Shown piece after piece: positions 47,173-60,289 of a DNA stretch of 64,000 bases (its first letter is position 1; each line of letters begins with the position of its first letter). The position numbers and the translations under genes were made by a program. Location of the stretch: assembly GCA_038087875.1 (NCBI GenBank), contig CM075985.1, positions 25,358,001 through 25,422,000 of the forward strand. Reading direction: 5' to 3'. Source of the stretch: Malacoraja senta (taxonomy: Eukaryota). Below the pieces are notes generated by a model, which was not told the DNA's origin, made no database searches, and was given only the letters and a program-made list of their open reading frames with translations.

Positions 47173-47311
47173 CTCCACAAAGATATATTCACAGTTGCCA
47201 TCAAATTTGTATCTTTTTCCATCAAATGTTATGTAGTGACCATCTCCATAAACAGTGCAGGTCTTTGGACATGAAATATCAGTGCATTCCCATTCTCCAC
47301 CATTGCATGTG
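47173..47311 (-). CDS. MUC19: Mucin exon, E' and start of VWD3 (TCNGGEWEC...[26 protein letters not shown])
   Basis: 139 nt, tag/gtaaga, phase 2-0. Confidence 0.96.
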
Positions 47312-47407
47312 CTATAATGTAGAGTATAGAGATATATCATTTTACAGTTGTATGCAGTTAGTGTTATATTTTATGGGGTCATTCCTCTCAGTATTTGTTT
47401 TGCTCAC

Positions 47408-47556
47408 CATGTATTGCAATCAATGGTGATTGTTTCTCCACCACCAAAGGTTTCACCTCCAAATAAACAGGGACATCGGTATGGTTCAATGCATCCTTCA
47501 GTGGAATCCTCCACCAAACCATCAGGGCAGACACAACCTGGGACACATGGGTCTGG
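47408..47556 (-). CDS. MUC19: Mucin exon, TIL'/E' (PDPCVPGCVCPDGLV...IDCNT)
   Basis: 149 nt, aag/gtgagc, phase 0-2. Confidence 0.95.
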
Positions 47557-48536
47557 CTTTATAGAGAAAAAAACATTGTATCAATTGGCAGAAAAACAAT
47601 ATATAACATATGAACAATCAGGTGATGATAGGGGACAAATGATCCTCTATGATCTCTATGATAATCCTCAACACTGGTGCTCCGCAAGGATGCGTTCTCA
47701 GCCTCCTTCTTGTACACCCACGACTGTGCAGCCATGTATAAATCTAATTCAATTTTCAAATTCATAGACGACACCACCATTGTGGGCCGGATATCAAATA
47801 ATGATGAGATGGAGTACAGGAAGGAGATCGAGAATCTCGTGTCCTGGTGTCGAGACACCAACCTTTCTCTCAATGTCAGCAAGACAAAAAAGTAGCGATC
47901 GACTTCAGGAAGTGAAGCAGTACACATACCCCGGTTTGCATTGACGGTGCCAAGGTAGAAAACCTCAAATTCGTAGGAGTCAATTTCACCAACAACTTCT
48001 CCTGGACCACCCATATTGAAGCAACGACTAAGAAAGCACACCAATGCCTCTATTTCCTTGGAAGGTTCAGGAAGTTTGGCATGTCTCCTACAACTCTCAT
48101 CAACTCTCTACAGATGCATCATAGAAAGCATTTTATCAGGATGCATCACAGCTTGGTTTGGGATCAGCTCTATCCAAGACCACAAGAAATTGCAGCGAAT
48201 TGTGGACTCAGCCCAGACCATCACACAAACCAACCAACCTCCCTTCTATTGACTCCATTTATACCTCATGCAGTCTCGGCAAAGCCAGCCACATAATCAA
48301 GGACGAGTCGCACCCTGGCCATTCCCTCTTCTCCCCTCTCCCATCAAGCAAAAGGTATAAAAGTGTGAAAACCGTCACCTCCAAATTCAGGACAGTTTCT
48401 TCCCAGCTATTACCAGGCAACTGAATCATCCTACCACAACCAGAAAGCAGTGCGAAACTACAATCTACCTCATTGATAACTCTTGGACTAGCCTTGTTTG
48501 GACTTTGATGGCTTTAACTTGCACTAAACATTATTC

Positions 48537-48961
48537 AATAGACAATAGACAATAGACAATAGGTGCAGGAGTAGGCCATTCGGCCCTTTGATCCAGCACC
48601 GCTATTCATTGTGATCATGGCTGATTATCCACAATCAAGGGCCTGTCCCACTTGCCGATTTTTTTCAGCGGCTGCCAGCATCATTGACTGACGTATCAGG
48701 TCACCGAAAAAGTTGCAGCGTGATGCGGCGTGACGACTTATTGATGCGTGGTGTTTCCTCCATTTTGCAACAGTTTTTTGTCACCGATGGATTTTGAAAT
48801 GCTCAAAATCTTTTGGTGACCCTGATATTTCAGTCAATTGCGCCAGCAGTCGCCGAAAAAATTGCCAAGTGGGACAGGCTCTTCAGTGCCCCATTCCTGC
48901 CTTCTTCCTATATCCCTTGACTGCTATCTTTAAGAGCTCTATCTAACTCTTTCTTGAAAGC
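48537..48961 (-). mobile_element. CR1-type LINE 3' end nested in the Rex1-like element
   Basis: (caataga)n tail, reverse complement of the 28100-28217 family; attc duplicated at both junctions. Confidence 0.85.
48638..48882. mobile_element. Complete PIF/Harbinger-like MITE, 245 bp
   Basis: TIRs agggcctgtcccacttg / caagtgggacaggctct; TCA target duplication. Confidence 0.85.
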
Positions 48962-49332
48962 ATTCCCTTATCTTGTATCTAAACACTGGAAATGGCTCGA
49001 TTGTAATCATGTATTGTCATTCTGCTGACTGGATAACACCCAACAAAAGATATTCACTGTAGCTCGGTACACGTGACAATAAACTAAACTAAACTGAAAA
49101 CTGAAAAACATATATAGGTAATCATCACATATTAAAAATCATAGTAATTATCCAGTATATGCTTAGTAATTACGTTTTATAACTTGTATTGAATATCATA
49201 ATGTAGACTTCTAAATGGGTTGCATACTTCATTCTACAATGATCATGTAAAATAAAATAGACTGAACATATTGTTCAATCTATAAAAGAAGATACATAAG
49301 CAGCAAGCTAGTATTTGTACATGTTCACTTAC

Positions 49333-49412
49333 ACATGGTTTGTTTAGAGTTTCACACGTCCTCTTACATAAACTGGTATTGGTACAGTCCGAAAATTGTT
49401 TATCTTGGCAAT
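49333..49412 (-). CDS. MUC19: Mucin exon, TIL' (CQDKQFSDCTNTSLCKRTCETLNKPC)
   Basis: 80 nt, tag/gtaagt, phase 1-0. Confidence 0.92.
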
Positions 49413-49520
49413 CTAAAGAAAAGCAAGGTGTTCTTTTATATACACATGTTAATTATTATTTTGATGATAAATTTAAATGTTGCACCTCAATAATGGAAAA
49501 AAGTTTGGAAAATTATTAAC

Positions 49521-49579
49521 CTTCTGAAATGGGCAGGCTGCTTTCATCAGGGCAGGACGGGACTCCATTCTGGCATAAA
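49521..49579 (-). CDS. MUC19: Mucin exon, end of E2 (LCQNGVPSCPDESSLPISE)
   Basis: 59 nt, cag/gttaat, phase 2-1. Confidence 0.88.
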
Positions 49580-49668
49580 CTGAGAGAAAAAATTACATGT
49601 TATCACTTTATGATTGTAGGCAACAAATAATTGGATTCAAACTGTGCAGCTCAACATCAAATGCTCAC

Positions 49669-49915
49669 CAATCCATTCCATTTATTGGAATCATTTCACC
49701 TTTGTTTGTAATGATTCCATTAACATAACAAGGACATTCTGATATTTCTACACATGTTGCTTTGTCGTCCATGTACGTTCCCTCAGGGCAACCACAGCCA
49801 TCAACTGGAGTGTCTTGAAACTGACATGTGAAGTCAAACTTTGACAGAAATTCACAGGTGCGATTACAGGCTCTCATATTGTAATGGTAAACTTGTGTGC
49901 TGGGGCAAGTTATTG
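49669..49915 (-). CDS. MUC19: Mucin exon, TIL2/E2 (ITCPSTQVYHYNMRACNRTC...PVDGCGCPEG...GMD)
   Basis: 247 nt, aag/gtgagc, phase 1-2. Confidence 0.95.
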
Positions 49916-50259
49916 CTTGAAAGAAAAGAATTACAATGTTAGCATATGATTTTAGCCATTTGCCATATATATAGTGGAATGCTAATATTAAGATATTTTA
50001 CGAGTAAAGACACAACCAAATTAGCTTATTCTCTGCAGACACATCCAAATGAGATTAGTCTCTTCTGTTGATGCCATTTTTTGATTATATTATCATATTT
50101 ACATTACAGTACCCATATTTTTTATGTCTATGACATCCCCTTTGCATTTGCTCTTTGATAAAATATATTTAATGTAAAATATTATTCATGATATTTAACA
50201 TTCTACAGAAAAGACATTATATATTGTCTAGTGCTTATATTATTTTTGAATTTCAGTAT

Positions 50260-50563
50260 TTTTAGTTTAGTTTAGAGATACAGTGTGTGGAAACAGGCCC
50301 TTCAGCCCACCATGTTGACCAGTGATCACTACACATTAACAAAATCCTACACATACTTGGGAAAATTTACATTTATACCAAAGCCAATTAACCTACAAAC
50401 CTGTACGTATTGTGTTGTGGGAAGAAACTGAAGGTCTCGGAAAAACCCACGCGGTCACGAGGTGAACATACAAACTCCGTACAGATAGCACTCGCAGTCA
50501 AGATCAAACCCGGGTCTCCGGATCTGTAAGGCAGTAACTCTACTGCTATGCCACCGTGTGCCC
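50260..50563 (-). mobile_element. V-SINE/HE1-like SINE, near full length
   Basis: tRNA-like head gggcacacggtggcatagcagtagagttactgccttacag on the minus strand, (ctaaa)n tail. Confidence 0.85.
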
Positions 50564-50642
50564 AAGTGCGAAGCTGGGTTATTAATCAATTGTATATTTT
50601 CCCCTTACATTCGTTCTCCCATAGTGCTACATCTCTCACTTA

Positions 50643-50810
50643 AGGGCCTGTCCCACTTTCACGACTTAATTCACAACCTTATTTACTCGTGGACATTTTT
50701 CATCAGGCTAGAAAAATGCCCTGACCTATTTGATGGCACGAGTACCTACAACTAGCATCATGACCTAACTGTATCCCACTGTATAATTTGACAGCCCACG
50801 ATTGCTTCAC
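50643..50810. mobile_element. Truncated PIF/Harbinger-like MITE, left end
   Basis: tta followed by agggcctgtcccactt; right boundary uncertain. Confidence 0.6.
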
Positions 50811-51695
50811 AGTCATCTGCAAACTTACTAACTGACCTGTCTACATTTATGTTCAACCCATCTATTTCTATCACAAACAGCAGAGGTCATCAATCAGCTT
50901 CAATGTCCACAGCCACAACAAAAAGTGAGGGATGATAGAGCAACTCTATGGATGTTACTGATTTGATGCATTAATAAAGAATATAATATTCGAAAGACAT
51001 GCCTTGCAAATGTGGTTAAATGCTGGATCAAATCTATGATATTTATCAGGCTTCAATATGGTCTAAATTAAGTGGAATCATGTTATGAGCTAGAGTTTAA
51101 CTGAAGTTGATGATATTTTTAAGTAAATGGACTGTGTTGCTAAGAGGTCATAAGTACTGTCCATGGGTATAACAATGACCTTTTTACAGACCTGATGGAA
51201 GCATTAATGCTGCATTCAAGGCTTTAATATGTTAGCAATAGCTATGTTGCTTAGGGGGTGAAGATGTTAGATGAATATGTTAGACCCCCAAAAAGAAAAT
51301 GGAAATAAATTTCTGTTATGAACATGTAATTTCATAAACTGTTCCAAAAGATTAGTGTAATTGTAAAGGTGAAAAGATTAGATCAATGTAATGCTCGGAA
51401 TGGTTATTTGCCCCCTCAGTATGATAAAAATGAAACATTTTTTTACTCATGTTACATTTGAAACAACATTCCTTATAATCCTGTAAACACTGGAACAGGT
51501 GTTGCTTTTGCATCTAACTGACATATTTTCTTAAGCGTATCAAGGAAAATAGAGTAAAAGTGGGGAAATGGAGTAGAATTAGTCAGCAATTATGTAATTG
51601 AATGGCACAGAATAGTTTAGCAGCTGAATGGCCTTCTCCTGTTCTAAGTGATCCTTTTATTTCTATAATGGAAATTATAACCAAAAACTACATAC

Positions 51696-51822
51696 CGCAA
51701 ATTGATCTCCTCCAGTTCATCACAACGATGCCTTTTGCGGAACAAGCATGAACATATGCTTCCATTGCCGCACACACACAGTCATCGAGTTTTACACAAT
51801 TACATGAAGCAGCTTTACACAT
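51696..51822 (-). CDS. MUC19: Mucin exon, C8-2 (MCKAASCNCVKLDDCVCAAMEAYVHAC...WRRSIC)
   Basis: 127 nt, tag/gtatgt, phase 0-1. Confidence 0.95.
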
Positions 51823-51972
51823 CTAAAAATATAAACATGATTTGTTATCATTTAAAATGTTTCAATAGTGGATATTATCATAACTTTCAAATCTTTAACC
51901 TGAATTGAAAAAAAATCATTTTAGCTTATTTCCATAAACCTAAATCACTCAAAGTTTGTTATTTTCAACACA

Positions 51973-52238
51973 GGGGTACAGTGGCACAGCTGACAGAGCT
52001 GCTGCTCACAGCGCCAGAGATCTGGGTTTGATTCTGACCTGAGGTGCTGCCTGTGTTGAGTTTGAAGAATCTCCCAGTGATCACATGGGTTTCCTGCGGA
52101 TGTTGCAGTTTCTTCCCACATCACAGAGACGTGTGGGTTTGTAGATTGAATGATCTCAGTAAATTGCTCCTTGCATGTAGGGTGATTGATGGTCAGTGTG
52201 GACATGGTGGGCCGAAGGGCCGTTTTCCCTGCTGAATC
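51973..52238 (+). mobile_element. V-SINE/HE1-like SINE
   Basis: A/B-box-like head (gtggcacagctg..., ggtttgattc), V-domain-like core, gggccgaagggcc CR1-type tail. Confidence 0.85.
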
Positions 52239-53418
52239 TTGCAACCACTCATCAAATCCAGCTTTATGCTTTAGCATAAAATTGCATTGTTATGAAAGTG
52301 GGTGGCTTTGGTGTATCAGAATTATTGGCAGTGAAAGCTGATTTCCAAACCATGGGAAATGTTTATTCAAGTTGCAATGGTACATTATACAGTATGTAAT
52401 CCCAACTGTGAGGAATAATTCATTCAAAATCTGTATAAAGGAGAAAAGTTTGAATGTAAATCAGTACTGATTTTAACCTGTGCTGGATTTGGGATAATAT
52501 ACAAAATTCTATCATAGAAACGTATTTACTTAGAAATTTCACTTTGCATCCAAAATAACGCATTGCGTCAAGGAGAGTCAATGACCCCCTGAGGTGTCAT
52601 CCCTCCCATTACAAAAAAATGAAAAACCTGTTGCTGGTCCAGACATAAATATAAATGCTGATCCCTTGCAACCCCCAACCGAACAGAAGAATGTGGTGTT
52701 GCAAAGTATATCGGCTCAGTATTTGTCAGATTTGAAATCGGGTTTGACTCAACATCAGAAGTGGAGAAATTAAAAACAGCATCAGGAAAGGAAGATTGGA
52801 AGCAACATTAGGAGAAGAGGATGTGAAATGTCATTGGGAGAGAGATGAGGGGGATGACATTGGGAGAGACAGATGAAGAGCTGTGTTGGGAAAGGAGGAT
52901 TGGGTTCTTCATCAAAATGGAGATCATCATCACAAAGGAGTACAACGTCTGGAAAGGATTAGAGAGAGAAGCATTAGGAAATGGGGATGAGAGCAACTTT
53001 GCTTAAAGAGAGAGGCCTGGGCAGCAGCATCAAAAGAGAGGAACATAAGGAGAGATTGATGGGAAATAACATCAGTAAAGAGGAAATCAGAAGAGTGAGA
53101 TTAGGTAAGCCAGCATTGAGTTTGATTGGGGATGAGGCCAGATGAATCAAAATGTTTATTTCAGAAACATAAGCAAAAGGATTATGCAGCTGCTGGGCTT
53201 TAGATTGATGTGTCTGGGGCATGTGGGACATCACTCCATGCACCTCTGAAGTGAAGTCACATCGGGGTAACAAGGATCAATCACAACAGGAAGTGCTGAG
53301 TCAAATTTCATAGTTGCATATTTTGATGCTGAAATTATTTATTTTCTGAATAGCTTTAAGCTGGTTAATTTGATAAAATATTTTTTTCCGCAAAAATTCA
53401 TACAAAATCCTGACTTAC

Positions 53419-53513
53419 TTCATAATACACCATATACTCCACTACAGAATGACAGTTGGAAAAAGCCCCCGTTGGGTCTTTTATATATGCACATTGCTCT
53501 CTGGCATAAGTTT
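53419..53513 (-). CDS. MUC19: Mucin exon, C8-2 (TYAREQCAYIKDPTGAFSNCHSVVEYMVYYE)
   Basis: 95 nt, cag/gtaagt, phase 1-0, FxxCH motif. Confidence 0.95.
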
Positions 53514-54839
53514 CTGCAATGAAGATGAAAGATACAATTATTTACAACGTGAAGATACCAGATCATTCCTGATCAGTGTAGTGACTAATGATGACTGTGT
53601 GTATCTGAGTTTGACAAGCAAGGGCACAATCAGTATCTGGCACTATAGTTTCATCATCCCTGTCCATATTTTAATCATGGTGCAACTTTGAGATCCTTGC
53701 AATCAAACATACAAATAATAATGGTGCAATTTACAGTAAGAATATTGCTCTAAGTTAAATTCAGTATTCAAGAGGCTGGAATGAAATTGCGCTTTCAATA
53801 TTCATTTAAGTTAGAATTGCTAAAAATGGTGACAGTTAGGAGATCAATACCTCAGAGGGCTTGGGATTCTTTCATTGTCACTGAACCTAGCCAATTCTAT
53901 ACGCAGGATTTGGGCAAATAAGGAGTCTGGTCAAGTTGGAACAGAAAAACTTAGTTTTAAATTTCGGGAAATCTCTTGATCCAGAGCCAGACATTTTAGC
54001 AAACAGCAATGTGATTCAGGCCAATCAGGGGCTGGGTTCCTGGAATCTATTTTTTCGGTTAATTGTGAATTGAACTGGAAGCTCTGCTTTCACGCTTTTG
54101 CTTATGTAGGAACAACCTGTAATTTTATCAATGTTTCCAGAGCTGGTATGGGGCTAAGACCACTGCAGCCACAGGCTATTCTTGCACTGCACTGGTCAAC
54201 TACCCATGTTGTCCAACTTCCGAGCTCTCAGGCTGGGTAAGCAAAACCAGCACCCGTTTAAAGCAGCAGGAATAGAGCAGATTCCATTAAGATGAATGAG
54301 AGACAGGCCAATGTGAAACAAGTGTGACTAAGGCCATATTTAATTATTTATTTACTTCTGTTTTGATGCTTTTAATTACTTTTAATATATGAATGTGGTT
54401 TTAGAATGCTAAAGATGAAATAAAAATGTTTTAAAACATTTTTCAACCAGTTGCAACCTATTTGCAATAATCGAAATGCCCAATAATAATGACAGCTCTG
54501 ACAGCCTTGAACTTGGTGGTTGGGTCTCAGCAGCTTTCACAGCCTTTTTGTGATTTCAATAGGTTGCCTGCACTGAAGCAACTCCTATGACACACTGCGC
54601 TCTCATTTGTGGACTGTGTGCAGGCAATGTGGAACAGTGAAATGCAGGGTGTGGCCCAGGGCAGTCCACCAGTGATTTTGAGGCAATCAGAGGATTACTC
54701 CACTGTTACCTCACAAAGTACAGGTAAAATAAACCAAGTGAATCTGTTTCAATTCGGCTTAATTTGATGTTTTGTTCACTTAATATGTCTATTGTGCATT
54801 TAATTTTTTTAAATCCATCTTCATGTTATTATTTAGTTA

Positions 54840-55500
54840 AATATCACCAGCAACCTGTCCTGGACTAGCCATATCGAAGCAATGGCCAAGAAAGCACACC
54901 AACGCCTCCCTTCCTTAGAAGGCTAAGGAAGTTCAGCATGTTCCCCCAACAACTCTCACAGCTTTTACAAATGTGCCATAGAAGGTATTTAATCGGATTG
55001 CATCACAGCTGGTTTGGGAACAGCTCCATCCAACACCACAAGAAATTGCAGAGCATTGTGGACGCAACCCAGACCATCATGCATATCAACCTCCCTTCTA
55101 TTTGACTCCATCTACACTCCACACTGCCTCGGCATAATCAAGGGTGAGTCTCACCCCGCTCATTCCCTCTTCTCCCTCTCTCATCAGGCAAGAGGTACAG
55201 AAGTGTGAAAACACATACCTCCAGTTTAAGGGCATGCTACTTGGCAAATGAACCATTTTATCTCCAAGTAGAGAGCAGTCCTGAGCTATCGTCTATCTCA
55301 TTGGAAACCCTCGGACCATCGTTAATTGTACTTTACTGGACTTTATCTTGCACTAAACATTATTAGCTTTATCTTCTATCTGTTCACTGTGGACAGTTTG
55401 ATTGTAATCTTGTATCATCTTTGTGCTGACTGGACAGCACACAGCAAAAAAGCTTTTCACTCTACCTCGGCACATGACAATAAATGAATTTAAACTAATT
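54840..55500 (+). mobile_element. Rex1/Babar-like LINE 3' fragment
   Basis: Paralog of 47985-49100 (aagaaagcacacca, gcatcacagct, aagaaattgcagagcattgtggac). Confidence 0.8.
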
Positions 55501-56019
55501 TCAGATTGCTATTTAGCCTGAAACATCTACAGGACAAAGAATATATCTGTTCCCATTACATTCTGTTTTACTGCTTCTCTTTCCTGAGACTTCGTCTCTG
55601 AATGAATATCATTTTATTCTTTTCCTATAAACAATGTATTCTGAATAAAATATTTTTGCAGTGACTCTAGCAATGTATGCTTAAATTTGTAATCCTCGTC
55701 TCATGTTTAATGGCTTTCAACTTCAGTTTTGTTGATTAGTTATAAGACCCAATTAAAAATTTTAATAGGAAATATTTACAGAAAAATGCCGCCAAATTAT
55801 AAGATGTATCTGTAATAATGCAGAGGCTGCAGAAGCAGATGAGGGTTTATGGGATAAAGTGACATTTATGCATGAATATACTGAAATCCTGCAAATAAAG
55901 ATGAAAAGCTTTAAAATATAATTATATTATTTGACAGTTGCATTTCACAATATACTATCTTAAATGAAATGTCATAAATATTGTGAAATATGGTAAGGAA
56001 GATCCTGTGAAAGAATTAC

Positions 56020-56175
56020 CATGTTCTGAGCTAACACAGGTTGGATTCACTATTGGTGAAGGACATTCATCACTGGATTTCCACGATTCACTGAAAGGAA
56101 CATATGTGAACTCGACAATGCCCTGTGATGATAGAAAGTCATCTTCTGCATTGTCGTTGTAGGTGCCGCACAAAC
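56020..56175 (-). CDS. MUC19: Mucin exon, end of VWD2 (GLCGTYNDNAEDDF...CVSSEH)
   Basis: 156 nt, tag/gtaatt, phase 1-1. Confidence 0.95.
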
Positions 56176-57195
56176 CTAGGAAAAGTACAGTTCAGTTGAT
56201 CATAAGGGAGCAGTTATGTTCTTATTTCATCTGTTATCAACTCTTAATAAAACTATTCCATTAATAAACCACAATTCATTCCATTGTTACAAAACTATAT
56301 ATTATTTTCTTTAAACAGACAACATTAATCTAAGTTGATCATTAAGAAATTGGCAGGGTCAAAAGCAAGGCTGATTTATTTCCACAGCAAGAATTTACTC
56401 TCCAGCAAAGTAAATGGGACATTTTACTGGGAAGCAAAGCTATTTTGCCTCTCCTGTCTTATCAGTTTTTGGAAATGGAGGTTGTGCTAAAATTCTTCCA
56501 TGTACGTTTTGGAAAGTCTTCATTTCTTTACTTTTTTAGATCAATCCACCTCACAAAATCTCTCACAGATATAACCAATTATTTCTCATGCAGAGTATGT
56601 AAATTAACTTTTACCGATAACTTAATGTGGTTCCACGAGTAGTTTTACAGAAATAACTGATCCATGGACTATGACAATGATAATGCTGTGCATGGCCTAA
56701 TTATTTCTGGTGAATCCACTTACTTGACTACGTCAACAGGAAGAACGTCAACACAATATTAAAGCAGCTTTTAATGGATCTGATGTATGGATTGTAAATT
56801 TTAAGTTTGAATCTGTTCGGGTACTTCATAATTGTAATGGTAAACCCAAAGGATGAAAAATATCAAATCATATTTCCTTATATCCTGAAATTCATGGAGA
56901 ACATATTATCACATGGATAACACAATGTTGCTTCATATCCTACTCTTTGGTTTGTATATTTTGTTACTTCAGTCTGTGAAGGTCAAAGAAGCAAATTATA
57001 AAGTTAAGAGTGAGTCTAGATGATGAAGAATGTGACTGCTACATTGATTCATGAAGCTACATAGTGCAAACTTGAAACAGATTGTGAAAAAAATTCAACA
57101 GTCGTATATTCAGCAAAAGTCCAGCAGTTCCATCTCATAACAAAATGTTCAGTCAATGCATTATTCATTTCTAGGAAATACATAAATAATTATAC

Positions 57196-57333
57196 CTTTA
57201 GTGGTTCCTTTGGCAGTTTTGGGCAGTGACATGTAAAGCTGCATGATGGGAGATATCAGGACCTGTATCTTCAGACCATCTTTTGTGATCAATTGAATGT
57301 ACAGTGATGACTGTTGAAATATCATTATTTCAC
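57196..57333 (-). CDS. MUC19: Mucin exon, VWD2 (EIMIFQQSSLYIQL...PIMQLYMSLPKTAKGTTK)
   Basis: 138 nt, cag/gtataa, phase 1-1, PxMQL motif. Confidence 0.93.
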
Positions 57334-57421
57334 CTGTGCAAAGAGATTAGAACAGGATAACTTCACTTTAATCATTATCAGTTTTGTTGCTTGAAAGATG
57401 AACTGATTAAAAGCTATTTAC

Positions 57422-57494
57422 CATTTCCAAAAGGCAATCCCACTTGGTTGTCATTCTGATAAATAGCGCCTTTGTTATTGATTGAATAGGAGTT
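57422..57494 (-). CDS. MUC19: Mucin exon, VWD2 (NSYSINNKGAIYQNDNQVGLPFGN)
   Basis: 73 nt, tag/gtaaat, phase 0-1. Confidence 0.9.
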
Positions 57495-57577
57495 CTAAAA
57501 TGGGAAGATGCATGTTATAAAATTCATACAAAAAAACTGGAAAAGGAAAGGTGTGAATGAAAATCATAAAATTCTAC

Positions 57578-57670
57578 CTGAAATTTTGTGAATGTTACTC
57601 GCTGTAGACATGTCTGTCTATATGCTGAATGACATGGATGCATTTCAATTTTCACTGACCAGTCCGTAGT
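57578..57670 (-). CDS. MUC19: Mucin exon, VWD2 (TTDWSVKIEMHPC...TKFQ)
   Basis: 93 nt, cag/gtagaa, phase 0-0. Confidence 0.9.
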
Positions 57671-57801
57671 CTGTGAAAAGTAATTAAAAATGCAAAACTC
57701 AGAAATATATTCCACAGATAAATGTGATAACAGATACAAAGTATTTTTGAAAACTAAGTAACATTAATTAAAATCAATTGATGCAGCAAGAGCTCACGTA
57801 C

Positions 57802-57940
57802 GACAATTGCATAGTACGAGCAATCTCCGATCAAATTATAGTATTTGCCATCAAATGTTGTGATATGAGTTCCTTCTTCAATTTGGCATATTTTAGGGCA
57901 GTTAAGATCAGTACATTCCCAGATTCCACTCGTGCAGGTG
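57802..57940 (-). CDS. MUC19: Mucin exon, E1 and start of VWD2 (TCTSGIWEC...HITTFDGKYYNLIGDCSYYAIV)
   Basis: 139 nt, tag/gtacgt, phase 2-0, TFDG motif. Confidence 0.93.
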
Positions 57941-58033
57941 CTAAAAACATAAGAACATGTAATTATATAAAGTGTTTCTGATAAAAGCATTTGAACGTTA
58001 ACTTATTGATAACTACATGATTTGAAATATTAC

Positions 58034-58154
58034 CAAGAATGGCACAAGGAATTGTGTGTTTCTCCAGAATTATATATTTGTCCATTATATTCACAAGGAC
58101 AATCCATGTAATTGATACATGTGTTACTGCCTCTGACATTATCAAGGACAGTCC
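58034..58154 (-). CDS. MUC19: Mucin exon, TIL1/E1 (TVLDNVRGSNTCINYMDCPCEYNGQIY...CHS)
   Basis: 121 nt, cag/gtaata, phase 1-2. Confidence 0.95.
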
Positions 58155-58852
58155 CTGAAAAACAATGAAATGAATGTCTAAGTATTTTTCTATCAACAAA
58201 AACAAAACTTGCAACGTTCATCTGAAGATTAGGTAGAATTTGTTGAGGAAAAATGAAACTTTCCAATAGAAGTGAGTTACCTCCAGATACCCATACAACA
58301 GGATTATGAATTAACTGAATTCATAATAATCTAAAAAAATGTAGAATTACACATTCTCCACTGTCTTTTTCAAAAATATTTCATGCCATTTACTTTCTGA
58401 ATATATAATTTTGGCATTAACAAAAGTACACAGAATGAAGACTACTGAATAATCTTAGTTAAAGAAGTGCATAATGTATTGAAGGAGGAAATACTTCATC
58501 AAAGGAACACATTAAAAAAAAATAACTCGTTTAGAAATTACATCATGCAAACTTCATTCCAGTTTATGAAATATGTTTTTGTTGTACATGATACAGGTGT
58601 CTTAAATAATAAATATGTTTTGTTTCAGAAACATTAATCAGAAAGAAAAAGAAAAAATACAAGCATATATATCTGGGGACAAAAAGTTTGATTCAGCCTT
58701 TTTCATCTTGTTATACTTTTTGTAAAAACTAATACCTCCATTCCAAAGTGATTGCTTTTAAAGAAAATATACGTGTACAATTACTGAGAAGTATTTGATA
58801 AGTTGTTGTTTAAAACAAAGTTAAAATGCCAATAAATAGTCAATATAATTAC

Positions 58853-58978
58853 CTTGCGGACAATCACATGTATTCACACACTGATCACACTGTTGTTCTG
58901 AATTTGGGTCAGTGCAGGTTGACATACAAACAGGACCACAATCTTGGTAAACCTGATTCCCTGGACAAGTGGGCCATG
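58853..58978 (-). CDS. MUC19: Mucin exon, TIL1 (WPTCPGNQVYQDCGPVCMSTCTDP...CDCPQ)
   Basis: 126 nt, cag/gtaatt, phase 1-1, TIL pattern. Confidence 0.95.
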
Positions 58979-59124
58979 CTGAAGAGGAAAAGTTTTTGAT
59001 TTTATAATTTGAATTACAAATTGTTGTTAAGCAGCCAAAGATAATATACTCAAGCTAGAAATTGAAAAAGTCTATTGAATTTTAAAAGGTTGAAGTTCTG
59101 ACTGGCTCCACAAAAATAACTTAC

Positions 59125-59326
59125 TGCATTGGACAGAATCCCTCCATGTGTCCCAGCTTGATGGATCTACAAGCACACACTCTTTTGATGCTTCATTAAA
59201 GGTGGAACAATGGGATTGCACTTCTTCATTATTAGTACAAACATCCTTCTGACACATTTCCACAAATTTATCGTTGATGGCAGGAGAAGAGCATGCTGTG
59301 AAAAGCTCTCGGATTGCTGAACAATT
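59125..59326 (-). CDS. MUC19: Mucin exon, C8-1 (NCSAIRELF...TWRDSVQC)
   Basis: 202 nt, cag/gtaagt, phase 0-1, Cys spacing ending W-R-x-x-x-x-C. Confidence 0.9.
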
Positions 59327-60289
59327 CTGAACAAGTACAGGAATAAAAGAATAATAATTTAATGAAAACATTTTCAAAACAGATTTCTTGAGTTGCAATA
59401 TACAAAAGCAAAATAAGTGATTTTGCTAAATCGTGTTTTCTGTATATATCATAAATAGGTCACGTAAGTAAGGGCGGTAATTTATCTGCAGCAAGATTGC
59501 CAGTTTATGCAATGTGAATTTTAGTGCTGTGAAATTTTGGATCGTTAGAGGGTGGGATGAGGAAGAGTGGTAGAGTTAAGAGAATAGATATGTCTATTGA
59601 CTAAATGGTTAAAATTCAAATGTCTACTTTAATTTGCAATGTACATTTGCATTATGTGCCTATCGAGTCTAATGCAAGATGTGAAATCTGTCCAAAGGCC
59701 TTTTAAATGTTGCAATAGAAACTGCTTCCACTACCACCTCTGGCAGCTCACTCCAAATATTCATCACTCTCTGGATGAAAACTTACCCTTTGATCTCCAT
59801 GTCAGTAGCAAGTAGCCAGTGGTAACCTAGTGTTTGCAACCAAGGGCTACTGTTGCATTTGTTTCAGAGTGGTGAAATTATGCCGATTGAACTCAAGCTT
59901 CCAACATATAAAGGGTGGAAACTTTGTGGCTACAAATGTGTAGAAGTTACACTGAAAACAATATATTAATAAGTAAGAGTAGACACCGAGATTTTTTTAA
60001 TTCAGCACCAAAGACTGATGGAGCTTGATGGAGAATTGTAATTAACCAATATTATATAGAATACTGGCAGATTAAAATGAAATATGATTTATAAAGGAGA
60101 TATGCATCATGCTTAATAGGATGGAATATTGCTGGATCTGGTTCTGGGGAATGTAGAACATCAACATGGCATAGGACAGGAACAGCCCATTGCATATGCT
60201 GAACATGATGCCATGATTAACATCCATCTATCCCTGCATATTCATGTGCCTATCTAAAAACGTTTTCTTACCGAATATATGTAACTTAT

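Larger units (their letters stand above)
47672..49105 (+). mobile_element. Rex1/Babar-like LINE, RT to 3' end, decayed, with nested insertions
   Basis: GAPQGCVLS, LYTHDC, KFIDDTTIVG and YRCIIESILSGCITAWFG motifs with frameshifts; aataaactaaactaaactgaa tail. Confidence 0.88.

Noticed and set aside
51973-52050. tRNA genes at SINE heads (also ~50490-50563)
   Set aside because: They are degenerate and continue into SINE core and tail sequence; no cloverleaf is evident.
52790-53290. Possible ancient L2-like relic (purine-rich stretch)
   Set aside because: Too decayed to assign a family or boundaries by eye.
57792-57801. Alternative GTGAGC donor 4 nt downstream of the chosen donor
   Set aside because: It would break the frame with the next phase-0 exon; GTACGT gives the 139 nt length also seen in the paralogous D3 exon.
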